From an uncultured Alphaproteobacteria bacterium (GTDB lineage Bacteria > Pseudomonadota > Alphaproteobacteria > Rhizobiales > Rhodomicrobiaceae), in NCBI GenBank assembly GCA_963760455.1, contig CAVXDM010000040.1, positions 20,015 through 84,014 on the forward strand: a DNA stretch of 64,000 nt, in the 5' to 3' direction. Below, one piece after another: positions 1 to 10,900 of the stretch (its first letter is position 1; the number at the start of each line of letters is the position of its first letter). The position numbers and the translations under genes are program-made. The notes under the pieces are model-generated. The model saw nothing but the letters and a program-made list of their open reading frames with translations, did not search any database and was not told the origin of the DNA.

Positions 1-986
1 GGCGCGCGCGGTCTTGATTACCCAACTCGCCGCCGTGACGATGACGCGCTTCAGGTTGAACTCCTCGGCCGCTTCCGCCTGGGTGCTGGACAGCCGCCGC
101 AAATCCTGCACGATTTCGCTCGCGCGCGTGGCGCCTTCGAGCGTGCCGTCGATGAGCGGCTCGATATCGGCCAGCATGCGGTCGATCTTCAGCTCCTTGC
201 GAAGCGTTTGCAACTCCTCCCCTTGCGTCCCGGCATTCACCGCTCCGAGGTAGCGGCGGACGCGCAGCGCGTATTTCTTGAGCGCGTGCATGTTCGCGAA
301 AACGAAGCTGATTGGGTTGTTCAGCTCATGGGCCACGCCCGCGACCAGCCGGCCCAGCGCCGCCATCTTTTCCGAGAACACCAGATGCTGCTGCGCCTCC
401 TGCAGCTCGCGGTGCGCCTTGTCGAGCCGCTTGTACGCCCGGCGCAACTCGCCCAGCGGCCGGCCGACGATCACGCTGCCCGCATAGCGCCCCTTATGGT
501 CGAAGCGCGCGGAGCAGTTCATCGCGAAGGGAGCCGGGGCGCCGCTCGCATCGCTAAGGCTCACCTCGCAATCGGCGAGCGCCCCGTCGACGCGCAGCTT
601 GGCCAGCATCTGCTCGACGTGGGCCGTGCAGCCGGGGTCGAAGATCGCGGAGAGCGGCTGGCCCGCCAGCTCCGCCTCGCTCTTGCCCGTGACCCGTTCG
701 AGCGCCAGGTTGACGCGCTGGATGCGGCCCGAGCGATCGCAGACCGCGAGCACGTCGGTCATGGAGGAGAACACGCTCGAAATCAGGGTTTGCGCTTCTT
801 CCAGCGCCGCATTCTTGCTCTCAAGCTCGACCTGATTTTGCACCAGCTCGGCGTAGACGGCATCCATCTTCTGGATGACCTCGATCCAGGCGTCCTCGCT
901 GGGCTCGCCCAGGGACACGGCCTGAGCAACGCCCGCGCGGGCGAGAAGACTCTGGTCGTGGCTTGCTGGATTTGGGCCTAACTTCA
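1..986 (-). CDS. hupT: Hydrogenase-regulatory sensor histidine kinase (HupT/HoxJ-like). The N-terminus is complete (ATG at 986) and the C-terminus runs off the window start.
   Basis: Reverse-strand translation from 986 gives MKLGPNPASHDQSLL..., then a PAS region, the HisKA H-box VAHELNNPISFV and the start of the ATPase domain. The gene lies immediately downstream of hoxA within a hyp cluster. The listed + ORF 208..981 is its antisense shadow. Confidence 0.8.
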
Positions 987-1029
987 TCGTACTGCTATCC
1001 GATTACCCCTGGCGATCCAGCATTTGGCC

Positions 1030-1265
1030 GCAGCGTCGTCCCCGCAAAGGCGGGGACCCATGATAACCTCTTGCCAACATGGCCTTTGAGGGCTGCCACG
1101 GATTCCCGCCTTCGCGGGATTGACGCCAAATCGCTGGCGGCTTTCCATTATGTTAGCGCCTGTGTGCAGAGGCGGGGACCCATATAAGTTCTCATTCCAG
1201 CGGCAGAAATGGATTCCCGCCTTCGCGAGAATGACGCTGCGGAGACAAACTCCAGTGCGGAATCA
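1030..1265. repeat. Two tandem copies of a roughly 100-bp unit in the hoxA-hupT intergenic region.
   Basis: Each unit contains cggggacccatRataa and the palindromic ggattcccgccttcgcgRRaWtgacgc (gtcattcccgcgaaggcgggaatcc-type REP). Direct sequence comparison gives units at 1030-1135 and 1160-1262. Confidence 0.6.
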
Positions 1266-1287
1266 TAGAGCTAATCAGTTCCTGCCA

Positions 1288-2781
1288 TCACATTCCCGAG
1301 GCGTATTTCTTCGCGGGCTTCACGGGCAGCCCCTCGATCTTCTCTAAACCGTAGCGCTCCAGCTTTGCGCGAAGCCCGACGCGCGACAGCCCCAGCTCCC
1401 TCGCGGCCTTGCTCTTGTTCCAGCGGTGGCGGATGAGGCTTTCGCGCAAGATGCAGGCTTCGAGGGTTTCGATGCGCTCGCGCAGCGTGCCTTCGAGGCT
1501 GGCGACGGTGAGATCCGGCTTGGCCGCTTCCCCGGACGGCGACGCCTGCAAAATCTGGCGCGAGAGGTGCTCGGCGCCGATCAAGCCGCTCTCCGGCCCC
1601 ATGACGAGCAGATGCTGGATCTCGTTTTGCAGCTCCCGGACATTTCCTGGCCAGCCATAATTTTTGAGGCACTCGATGGCCTCTTGCGAAAGCCCTTTCA
1701 CTGATTTACCGAGCTGTTTCTGCGCGCGTTCGAGAAGCGTCTTGGCAAGCACCGGAATATCCATGCGACGCTCGCGCAAGGCGGGCACCTGGATCGATAC
1801 CGTGGCGATCTGATAATACAGATCCTCGCGGAAGCGGCCGGCATGCACCTTGGCCTGCAAATCGCAATTGGTGGCCGAGATCACCCGCACGTCGACGTTG
1901 CGCGTCTGCCGGCCGCCCACGGGGCGGATCTCGCACTCCTGCAAAACCCGCAGAAGCTTGGCCTGAAAGACCGGGGAAATTTCGCCGATCCCGTCGAGAA
2001 AAATGGTGCCGCCATCGGCGCGCTCGAAAAGTCCGGCGTGTTCCTCGACGGCGCTGGAAAAAGCGCCGCGCCGGTGGCCGAACAGTTCGCTTTCAAGCAC
2101 CTCGTCCGGCATGGCCGCGCAAGCTTGCACCACGAACGGCCGGTTCCAGCGCAGGCTGTTATAATGAAGCGCGCGCGCGACGAGTTGCTTGCCCGTGCCG
2201 GACTCGCCCGTGATGAGCACGGAGACGTCGTAAGGCGCTACTCGCCGCATCCGGTCGCAAACCGCGTTCATGGAGCTTTCCACGTCGCGCACGATGCCGT
2301 CGGCGGCGTAATGCTGGCGGAGCCCCTCGCGCCTGGAGGCAACGATCTTCTCCGCGCGGTTCGAGGACATTTTTAGCTCGACGGCAAGGAGCTGGTTCTG
2401 CCGCTGCAACTCGTAGAGACGCACCGCGTTCTTGAGCGTGAGCGTCAGGTTTTCGGGCTGCCAGGGCTTGGTCACGTATTGGTAGATGCCGGCCTCGTTG
2501 ACGCCCTGGATGATGTCCTCGGCGTCGGTGTAGCCCGAGATAATCATGCGCACCGCGTCTGGCCAGCGCTCGCGCACGGTCTTCAGGAACTCGACGCCCG
2601 TGACACCCGGCATGCGCTGGTCGCAGAGCACGACCTGCACCGCCTCCTCGGTGAGGATGGCCTCGGCCTCGCGCACAGAAGTGGCCTTCAGCACGGTAAA
2701 ATCGTCTTCGAGGATGCGTTCGAGGGCCTCGACGCTCCTCAGCTCGTCGTCGATGACGAGAACGGAGGGAAGCCTGCTCAT
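1288..2781 (-). CDS. hoxA: Sigma-54-dependent response regulator of hydrogenase genes (HoxA/HupR, NtrC family).
   Basis: 497-aa intact ORF with a receiver domain (VLVIDDE...CDQRMPG), an AAA+ sigma54-interaction domain (GESGTGK, GAFSSA, ESELFGH) and a C-terminal Fis-type HTH. It sits in hyp cluster context. Confidence 0.9.
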   Translation of the reverse strand: MSRLPSVLVIDDELRSVEALERILEDDFTVLKATSVREAEAILTEEAVQVVLCDQRMPGVTGVEFLKTVRERWPDAVRMIISGYTDAEDIIQGVNEAGIYQYVTKPWQPENLTLTLKNAVRLYELQRQNQLLAVELKMSSNRAEKIVASRREGLRQHYAADGIVRDVESSMNAVCDRMRRVAPYDVSVLITGESGTGKQLVARALHYNSLRWNRPFVVQACAAMPDEVLESELFGHRRGAFSSAVEEHAGLFERADGGTIFLDGIGEISPVFQAKLLRVLQECEIRPVGGRQTRNVDVRVISATNCDLQAKVHAGRFREDLYYQIATVSIQVPALRERRMDIPVLAKTLLERAQKQLGKSVKGLSQEAIECLKNYGWPGNVRELQNEIQHLLVMGPESGLIGAEHLSRQILQASPSGEAAKPDLTVASLEGTLRERIETLEACILRESLIRHRWNKSKAARELGLSRVGLRAKLERYGLEKIEGLPVKPAKKYASGM

Positions 2782-4633
2782 AGCGCGCTCCGCCCGGAAG
2801 CGGGCTGACGCTGGTTGCGGTGGCGCGCGATGGTTACGGGCGTGCGCGATTTCGCAACCTTGCGCACGAAATTATAGCGCGCGATGTGGTAGCTCGGATC
2901 GAAGCCGTAGAAATTGAGACGCATACGAGCCAACTCCTCCTCCCGGTACTTCGCGAGCGGTTTCACCGCTTCTTCGGCCGCGCGTGCGGCTTGACTTTTC
3001 GCAAGACGATCCTCCAAGTCCGGCGCCGCGGCAAGCGCAATCGCGCGCGCTCGCGCTTTGGCGGCGAAATCGTGCGGCGTTGCTCCGAACCGCTCGTTGG
3101 CGAGCCCGATGCGAACCGCTTCCACGGAGCCCATGGGCAGCCGTCTCCTCATGATCGCTTCGGCCAATTCCTGCCCGGCATGACGCGGCAGCGAATAGGT
3201 CCAGAACTCCGATCCGTAGAGGTTTCCCATGTCTTTGTAATGCGGGCTCAGCACAACACCTTCGCGCAGCCAGACAAAATCGGCGGCGCGCGCAAGAAAA
3301 ACGCCTCCAGCGCCAGCATTGCCCTGTAATGCGGCGACGGTCAATTTGCCTTCCGTACTAAGGATGGCATGGGCCAAATCGTCAATGGCGTTGATATTGC
3401 GCCAGGACTTATCGGCGGGGCTTTGGGCGGCCTCGATGAGATTGAGGTTCATGCCGTTGGACCAGAAGTCCGGGCCGCCCATGAGGACGAGCACGCGGGT
3501 GGGCCGGGCGAGGGCCGCGCGGTATGCGGCCAGCAGGCGCTCGCAGGCTTCCGTGCCCATGGCGCCGTTGTAAAAGCGGAAGTGCAGGAAGCCCGCGCCG
3601 CTTTCTTCCTCGTAGGCGATTTCGCGATAACCCTCCGCGCTATCCACCGGCACGGAAGGCACGCTCGCAAGTGCCGTCGCCCAGCACGCGCGTGGCCGGC
3701 AGCTTGATAGGGCAGGGGCTTGCGGTGTCGCGGAGGTGGCCGATCCACACCGCGCCATCTGCGGCGGCGATGGCAACGGCGGGGCCGCTTACGGCAATTG
3801 CTTCGCCGGGGGCGCCTTTGAGATGCGGCGCGGGCTGCGCGTCGTAGAGATAGACGCTGCGGCCAAGGATGCGGCTCTTGAGCCCCGGATTGCCATCGGC
3901 GCTGCGGACCTTGCGCAGGACCGTGGCAGCGCTGTCCCGCTGCCAATCGATGGCGCGGTCTGCTTGCTTCATGGCAGGTCGCCACGTGCCGGGATTGGTG
4001 TTCTGGGCGGCGGTATTCCTCTCCGACGAGAGGGTGCAACCCCTCACCCTGTCCCTCTCCCTCAGGGAGAGGGGACCCCTGAATTATCCGCAGCGGAATT
4101 ACTAGCGTCCCCTCTCCCATGGGGAGAGGGACAGGGTGAGGGGAGATACGGCCAGAAGCGGAATGCGCCACATATCCGCCACGCTCGAAGCGGCCCAAGG
4201 CTTCGAAAACCGCAGCCACGGCGGCCTCCGTGACCTCGTTGCGATAGAGGCTCGATTTTGTGGCCTCGCGCATCGGGAAACCAGCGGACGCCCAGACAGG
4301 CCCGGCGTCCATCTCTTCCTCGGCCTGAAGCACGGTGACGCCCCAGCGCGGAACGGCGTCCAGGATCGCCCAATCGAGCGCGGACGGCCCCCGGTCGCCA
4401 GGAACGCCGGGATGGACGATAAAGCAGGGTAGCGAGCGCCAAACGCTTTCAGGGATGGCGCGCTTCAGGAACGGCGCGACCAGGCAATCGGGCTTGAACA
4501 GCCGGGCCGCCTCTTCCGTCACCGCGTCATTGATATCGAACTCGACCGAAACTTCGTGCCCCGCTGCTTCCAGCTCTACGAACAGCCTCTGGCAAAGGCT
4601 GTTGAAACTGTGGGTAAGAAGCAGGATGCGCAT
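2778..4633 (-). pseudogene. hypX: Hydrogenase maturation factor HypX/HoxX (N-terminal formyltransferase-like domain plus C-terminal crotonase/enoyl-CoA hydratase domain). In this sequence it is split over three frames and carries a palindromic repeat insertion.
   Basis: Three segments on different frames:
- Frame of 3449..4633: FMT-like N-domain (IVHPGVPGDRGPSALDWAIL), read to about 4146.
- Frame of 3640..4047: FMT C-domain (AIDWQRDSAATVLRKVRSADGNPGL).
- Frame of 2778..3776: crotonase fold (GFLHFRFYNGAMGTEA...).
The REP element at 4041..4145 sits exactly in the linker, and the frame changes across it and again near 3660-3710. Confidence 0.6.
4041..4145. repeat. GC-rich palindromic intergenic-type repeat (family 1: ccctcaccctgtccctctccc...gggagagggacagggtgagggg), located inside hypX.
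   Basis: Perfect inverted arms of about 38 bp flank an AT-rich loop (gaattatccgcagcggaattactagcg). In translation it gives the PLPMGEG / GEGQGEG signature. Other copies are at 26951, 59978, 63087 and 63683. Confidence 0.85.
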
Positions 4634-4636
4634 AAC

Positions 4637-5635
4637 TCAGCAAATCCGGGGCAGCGGGTCGCCCGCGAGCCAATCCACCATGCGGCTGCCGCCGAACTTC
4701 GTTTGCATTTGCACGAAGGCGTGGGGGTCCGCGACAACCTCGCCGATAATCGCCGCGTCGCGCCCTAGCGGGTGTGCACGCATGGCGGCGAGCAGGCGCT
4801 GGGCGTCCGGCGCGGCGCAAATCGCGATCAGCTTGCCTTCGTTGGCGATGTAGAGCGGGTCGAGGCCGAGCAGTTCGCAGGCCGCGAGCACGTCCGGCTT
4901 GAAGGGGATGGCGGTCTCGACGAGCCGCATGCCAACGCGCGATTGCTGGGCCATCTCGTTCAAGGTGGAGGCGAGGCCGCCGCGCGTCGGATCGCGCAGG
5001 CAGTGGATGGCGGGGACGGCCGCCACCATGTCCGCGACGAGGCCGTGCAGGGCTGCGCTATCCGAGAGGATCTCGGTTTCGAAGGTCAGGTTCTCGCGCT
5101 TGGAAAGCACCGCGATGCCGTGATCGCCAAGCGTGCCGCTGACCAGGATCGCATCGCCGGGCGCGGCCCGGTCGCCGGAGATATGAACGCCCGGCGGCAC
5201 AACGCCGATGCCGGTGGTGGTGATGAAAACGCCGTCGCCCTTGCCCTTTTCGACAACCTTGGTGTCGCCGGTGACGATGGGCACGCCGGCGTTCGCGGGA
5301 GGCCCGCGCCATGCTGGCCACGATGCGTTCGAGATCGGCGAGCGGATAGCCTTCTTCCAGCACGAACGCGGCGGAAAGATAAAGCGGCCGCGCGCCGGCC
5401 ATCGCCACATCGTTGATGGTGCCGTGCGACCGAAAGCGAGCCGATATCGCCGCCCGGAAAGAACAAGGGCGAGATCACATGCGCGTCGGTGGTCATGACC
5501 ATGCCGGCCGGCGCTCACCTCGAAGGCAGCCTGGTCGTTGGCCTGCGCGAGCCACTCGTTGGCGAAATGGCGGTGGAACAGCGCGCGGATCAGCTCGGCG
5601 GTCGCGCGTCCGCCCGCGCCATGGGCCATCTCGAC
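4637..5635 (-). CDS. hypE: Hydrogenase maturation protein HypE (carbamoyl dehydratase). Three or more frame breaks in this assembly.
   Basis: HypE motifs are spread over three frames: [74 protein letters not shown], and [12 protein letters not shown] ... DPLPRIC at the C-terminus. The 733-aa ORF 4637..6838 is an artefactual read-through of hypD and hypE. Confidence 0.8.
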   Translation of the reverse strand, partial: VEMAHGAGGRATAELIRALFHRHFANEWLAQANDQAAFEVSAGRHGHDHRRACDLALVLSGRRYRLAFGRTAPSTMWRWPARGRFIFPPRSCWKKAIRSPISNASWPAWRGPPANAGVPIVTGDTKVVEKGKGDGVFITTTGIGVVPPGVHISGDRAAPGDAILVSGTLGDHGIAVLSKRENLTFETEILSDSAALHGLVADMVAAVPAIHCLRDPTRGGLASTLNEMAQQSRVGMRLVETAIPFKPDVLAACELLGLDPLYIANEGKLIAICAAPDAQRLLAAMRAHPLGRDAAIIGEVVADPHAFVQMQTKFGGSRMVDWLAGDPLPRIC

Positions 5636-5690
5636 CGCGCCGCCGGCTAGCGAGGCGCGGGCCTCGCCGGAAAGCGGCTTCCGGGCGCGC

Positions 5691-6838
5691 TCATGCCTCG
5701 GCTCCTTCGCTCTCGGCCTGCCTGAAGCGGCCATAAGTCCAATAAGCCGCGCAGGCGCCTTCGGAGGAGACCATGCACGAGCCAATTGGGTTATCAGGCG
5801 TGCAGACCGTGCCGAACAGCTTGCAGTCGGTGGGTTTCTTGGCGCCGCGCAGGATCGAGGGGCACTCGCAGATTTGGCGTCGCGGGCGGGCTTGGTCTTG
5901 ATGCCGAAGCGGCGCTCGGCGTCGAAATCCGCGTAAGCCTCCTTGATGCACAGCGCGCTATAGGGAACGAGCCCGAGCCCGCGCCATTCGAACGACGTCC
6001 GAAGCTCGAAGACCTCGGCGACGAGCTTCTGCGCCTTGAGGTTGCCTTCGCGCGTCACCACGCGGATATACTGGTTCTCGACCTCGTGCCGGCCCTCGTT
6101 GAGCTGGCGGATGCACATCAGGGCTGCCTGCATCACGTCGAGCGGCTCGAAGCCCGCGATCACGACTGGGCGCTGGAATTCCTCGGCGAAAAACTCGTAA
6201 GGCTCGCTGCCGATCACGGCGCTGACATGCGATGGGCCGAGGAAGGCGTCGATGGAAACGCTGCCGATGGAGCGGATCTCCGGGCTTTCGAGGATGTGGT
6301 GGATCGCTGCGGGCGTCAGCACATGGTTGCAAAACACCGTAAAATTGGCAAGGCCCTCGGCTTTGGCCTTGACGGATCGCAACCGCGCTTGGCGGCGTGG
6401 TCGTCTCGAAGCCGATGGCGAAGAACACCACCTGACGCGTCCCGGATTTTGCCGCGCGACGTTGAGCGCGTCGTCGACCGAGTAGACCATGCGCACATCG
6501 GCGCCCTCGGCCTTGGCCTTGAGCAGGCTGCGGCGGTTCGAGGCGGGCACGCGCAGCATGTCGCCATAGCTGCAGAGGATCGCGCCGTGCTGTTCCGCAA
6601 GCTCCAGCGCGTTGTCGACCCGGCCTACGGGCAGCACGCAGACGGGGCAGCCGGGGCCGTGCACGAAATTCACGTTCGCCGGCATCAGCTCATGCACGCC
6701 ATAGCGGAAGATCGCATGCGTGTGGCCGCCGCAGAACTCCATGATGTTGTAGTGCCGGGACGGGCTCGCCTCGCGCTTGATCGCCGCGGCAAGCCCCATG
6801 GCCAGCTCGCGGTCGCGGAACTCGTCGACATATTTCAT
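5691..6838 (-). CDS. hypD: Hydrogenase maturation protein HypD (two local frame breaks near 6360-6440 and one before the C-terminus).
   Basis: The N-terminus MKYVDEFRD...CGGHTHAI...GPGCPVCV and the C-terminal motif CMVSSEGACAAYWTYG (frame of ORF 5691..5951) are present. FFAIGFETTTP lies in the alternate frame (ORF 5958..6431). Confidence 0.8.
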
Positions 6839-7085
6839 TGCGCCGCCTCGCCCGCGAAGGCCTCAAGCTCGCTGCCTCTCCGGCTTCGCGGATCATGGCT
6901 AGCGTGCGCTCGGCCTCTTCGGCGGACACTTTGTGGAGCGCGTAGCCCACATGCACCAGCACGAACTCACCGGGCTCGGCGCTGTCGAGGAGGACGACCG
7001 AGACCTCCTTCTTTATGGGGCCGAGCGCCACGATGGCGGTTTCGGCGTCCGGGTTGACGGAGACGATCTGAGCGGGAATGGCAAG
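6835..7085 (-). CDS. hypC: Hydrogenase maturation protein HypC.
   Basis: MCLAIPAQIVSV...LVHVGYAL is the canonical HypC N-terminus. A probable 1-nt deletion near the 3' end would, if corrected, give ...LEAFAGEAAQ* with a TGA overlapping the hypD ATG (ATGA). Confidence 0.75.
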
Positions 7086-7377
7086 GCACATGGGAGCAGC
7101 TCTATGGTTCAGCTTGGGCCGCCGCCGGGCCGTTCGAGCACGGCACTCACGCGGCAGCGGCATGACGGCCGCCCAGGCCCCTTCAATAGCACGGTTTTCC
7201 CAAAGTGTAAGCACAACCCAAAGGCTGATGCTTAAGGCGCCGCTGCGGTTGGCGGCGTTATCGCTTTCCGGCGCGGGAACGCAAACTTGACCGCACTGCC
7301 GCCGTGCATTCGAGGCCTCAAGCCCCCAGATATCCCCGAAACGCAATTTGGCTTCAGCCCCTTGGAAGGAGAAACGC

Positions 7378-7698
7378 ATGTTTATCGCAATGAACCGGTT
7401 CCGGGTGATGCGCGGCGCGGAGGCGGATTTCGAGGCGGTTTGGCTCAACCGCGAGGTCTTTATCAACCGCGAGCCGGGGTTTGTGGCATTTCATATGCTT
7501 AAGGGGCCGCAGACGGAGGAGTACACGCTCTACGTCTCGCACACGATGTGGGCGAGCCCGGAGGATTTCGAGAACTGGACGCGCTCCGAAAGCTTCCGCG
7601 CCGCGCATAAGTCCGCCGGCGGGGGCAAGCCGCTCTATATCGGCGGCCCGCAATTCGAGGGCTTCGTGTCGATCCAGGAGGTGAAGCCGGCGGGGTGA
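7378..7698 (+). CDS. ABM-domain (antibiotic biosynthesis monooxygenase-like) protein.
   Basis: 106-aa ORF with MFIAMNRFRV...FEAVW...HMLKGP...YVSHTMWASPEDFENW, which is the ABM fold signature. A GGAGG-type RBS precedes the ATG. Confidence 0.7.
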   Translation: MFIAMNRFRVMRGAEADFEAVWLNREVFINREPGFVAFHMLKGPQTEEYTLYVSHTMWASPEDFENWTRSESFRAAHKSAGGGKPLYIGGPQFEGFVSIQEVKPAG

Positions 7699-7946
7699 CA
7701 CACAATCGGCCGCGCGGCCTCATTACGGAACGCTTGGAATGCAGCCTCTGAGAGGGAAGGCTCAAGCGTTCCGCGCTAGCTGTGACGAAGCATCTCTTCA
7801 CTCCCGATAAAGTAACCGTTAACCTCATTCTTGAGCCCGCCAAGCTCAAGTAAGCATTCGCAAACAAAGACTTGGCACATGGTGGCTAGTGGTTTATGGT
7901 TGCCCTCAAACGATCCCGCTTTTCAAGCAAACAGCTAGAGTAGAGT

Positions 7947-10900
7947 ATGGCGCCAGGAGCGGATTCGCCATCTGTCCCGGTGTTGGCAATGGACGAAGGA
8001 ATAGAATGGCGGGGGTTCGGTCCACACCGCTTCGCCGGTCTTCCGTTGCCGGTCCTGTTCGTGGCCGCGATCGGCCTGTGGTTCAGGGATATTCAAGCGC
8101 CGCATGAGCCGCTGGGACTTCTGATTGCCCTCAATCTCCTGCTCGCCACCTTGCCGGCGATGGTCATCGCATACTTGTTCGCGCGCACCTTCCTGATCAC
8201 GGGAGCACCGGGCATGGCGCTGTTCGGCTGCGGCGCATTGATCTGGAGCGTTTCAGGCATTTACCCGCTCGCCGCTTCCCTCGCGCCCGGGTCCGGTTTC
8301 AACCTCAACGCTTTTGTCACCGTTCATATTGTCAGCGTCTGGGGCGCGTCTTTGTGCTTTCTCGCGGGCGGCGTCCTCTTCCAGCAACGGCACCGCGCCT
8401 TGCTGCACCCCGAACGCGCGCTCGCCAGCGCTTATGCGTTGGCTGTGGCTGTGGCGGCTTTCATGGTGTTCATGGCGCTCAAAGAATGGACGCCCGTTTT
8501 CTTTATTGAGGGCAAAGGCGGCAGCGATGACCGCCGATTCGTTCTTGGGTCGGCCATCTTCACCATCCTGCTGACGCTATCGTTGCTGCGGGGAGGCTCC
8601 CCAAGGCGCACCCCTTTCCTCGATTGGTTTGTCCTTGCGCAGTTACTACTTGTCATCGGCTATGCCAGCCTGATGCTACAATCCAACTTTGGCGGCGGCT
8701 TGAGCTGGGTTTGCCGCGCGGCCCAGTTTCTCGGTGGCGGCTATATGTTGGCCGCGGCCTATGCGGCATTCCGCGATGCCAATGCTCCGTTCGGGGTTCT
8801 GGGGCCATCGCAGGATAACGCGCCGCGCCACTATAGCATCGCCGTTGCCCTCGTTCTCGCGGCAGCGGTCCTGCGTCTGGTATTCCTGCAGGCACTTGAG
8901 ACACACGCCTCCTTAATAGCGTTTTATCCTGCCGTGATGCTGGCCGCGTTCTCTGGGGGACTGCGCGCTGGAACGCTCGCGACATTTCTTTCGGCAGCAC
9001 TCGCAGGTTTTTTCCGGATGGAGCCGGACGGATCGTTCGTCGTGGAGTACCCGCCGGACTGGCTGGCGCTAGCCGTCTTCGTAATTGTTAGCCTCCTGAT
9101 ATCCTGGATCGTTGAAAGGTTGCAGCAAGCCCAATCGCGGTTGCATCGGGCCGAGGTGGAGCGCCGCGCTGAACTTGAGCGGATGGTCACCAAACGCACG
9201 GCGGAGTTGAGCCTCGCCAAGGACGAAGCTGAGCGGGCAAACCATGCTAAGTCGCATCTTTTCCGGGAGTTGCAGGCCGTCTACGATTACGCGCCGATTG
9301 GCCTTTGTGTGATCGATGCGCAGATGCGTTGGAGGCGTATCAATGCCGTGCTGGCGGAGATCAACGGATTTCCGCCCGAGGCGCACGCCGGCCGCAGGGT
9401 CCGCGAGATGCTGCCAAATATCGCCGGCGCAATAGAGCCGGTGTTGCGCCGCGTGATTGAGACCGGCGAACCGTCTCTCGGCATCGAGGTTATCGGCGAA
9501 ACGCCCGCACGCCCCGGCGCGATCCGCGCTTGGCAACTGGACTGCTGGCCGATGTGCGATGAAACCGGGACAGTTGCCTCGCTCAATGTGGTCGTGCAGG
9601 AGGTGACCAAAGAGCGCGAGGCTGCCCGGGCGCTTGCCGCGAGCGAGGAACGGTTCCGGACCCTGTTCGAAACCATGAGCGAGGGCTTCGCGATCAACGA
9701 GATTGTCTGCGACGAGGCCGGTAAGCCGAGCGACTTTCGCTACCTTTCCGTCAATCCCGCCTTCGAGCGCCACACAGGCCTCAAGCCGGCGGATATTATC
9801 GGGCGGACGGCGCGGGAGCTGTTCCCTGACGCTGAGCAGATGTGGTTCGAACGCTACGGGAAGGTCGCACTCACAGGCGAGCCGGCACATTTCGAGGGGC
9901 AGTTCGGCCCCCTCGGACGCTGGTTCGAAGTCAGGGTTTACCAAACGCAACCTGGCCGTTTCGCTGTCGTTTTCTTTGACATCACCGCGCGAAAACGGGC
10001 CGAAGTAGCGCTGCGAGAAAGCCAGCAGCGGCAAGAGGGCCTGATCCAATCCGCAATGGATGCCATTATCGCCGTCGACGCCAGCCAGCGCATCGTCCTG
10101 TTCAACCCGGCGGCAGAGCGGATGTTCGGTTGCCCGGCCGGCGAAGCCCTGGGCGATTCGCTGGATCGCTTCATTCCCGAGCGGTTCCGCCAAGCACACC
10201 GGGACCATGTGCGGGTGTTTGGCGCGACCGGCGCGACATCTCATAAGTTGGGCTCGCCCCGTTTGGTGTGGGGCCTGCACCAGAATGGCGAGGACTTTTC
10301 CATCGAGGCCTCAATCTCCCGGCAGGATGCTGGCGGGGAGAGGCTGTGCACTGTGATCTTGCGCGACATCACCGAGCGCAAGCGGCATGAGGAGCACGCC
10401 CAGTTGCTGATGCGCGAGGTTAACCACCGCGCCAAGAACATGCTCGCCGTGGTGCAGTCCATCGCGCGGCAGACGGCTGCGACAAAGCCCGAGGACTTCA
10501 TCGGCCGCTTCGGCGAGCGGATACAGGCGCTGTCCAAAAGCCAGGACCTGCTCGTCCAAACCGAGTGGAAGGGCGTTGACATCGTAGCGCTCGTTCATTC
10601 GCAGCTCGCGCATTTCAAGGAACTGATCGGTACGCGGATCTCGCTGAAAGGCCCGTCTCTCCTCATCTCGGCGGCCGCCGCCCAGACCATAGGCATGGCT
10701 CTGCACGAGCTTTGCACCAACGCCAGCAAATTCGGCGCGCTCTCCAACGGAGATGGCCGCGTTGAGGTTAGCTGGAGCTTGGAATGCGCCGGAAATGAAG
10801 AGGAAGGCTTTGAGATGTCCTGGCGCGAAGATGGCGGACCGGCGGTCACGGCTCCGGCCAAGAGCGGCTTCGGGTCAATCGTGATACAGCGTTTGGCGAA

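Noticed and set aside
208-981. 257-aa + strand ORF (MQLLPLRPGIHRSEV...).
   Set aside because: It is an antisense shadow of the hupT/hoxJ kinase gene. Its translation is Arg/Ala/Leu-rich with no domain, while the reverse strand gives a clean PAS-HisKA protein.
1271-1672. 133-aa minus-strand ORF inside hoxA, with other over-100-aa ORFs nested in intact genes.
   Set aside because: It is fully nested out-of-frame within a well-supported gene and has Arg/Ala-rich composition. This is a typical high-GC overprediction.
4637-6838. Single 733-aa ORF, apparently a HypD-HypE fusion protein.
   Set aside because: It is an artefact. The HypD C-terminal motif CMVSSEGACAAYW and HypE internal motifs lie in other frames, and the genes are joined only by read-through of frame-shifted junk.
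7870-7895. TGGCAC-atggt-GGCTA upstream of the sensor kinase, considered as a sigma-54 (-24/-12) promoter for HoxA.
   Set aside because: The -12 GC is displaced by one position from the GG-N10-GC spacing and there is no TTGC core. The call is not supportable without more evidence.
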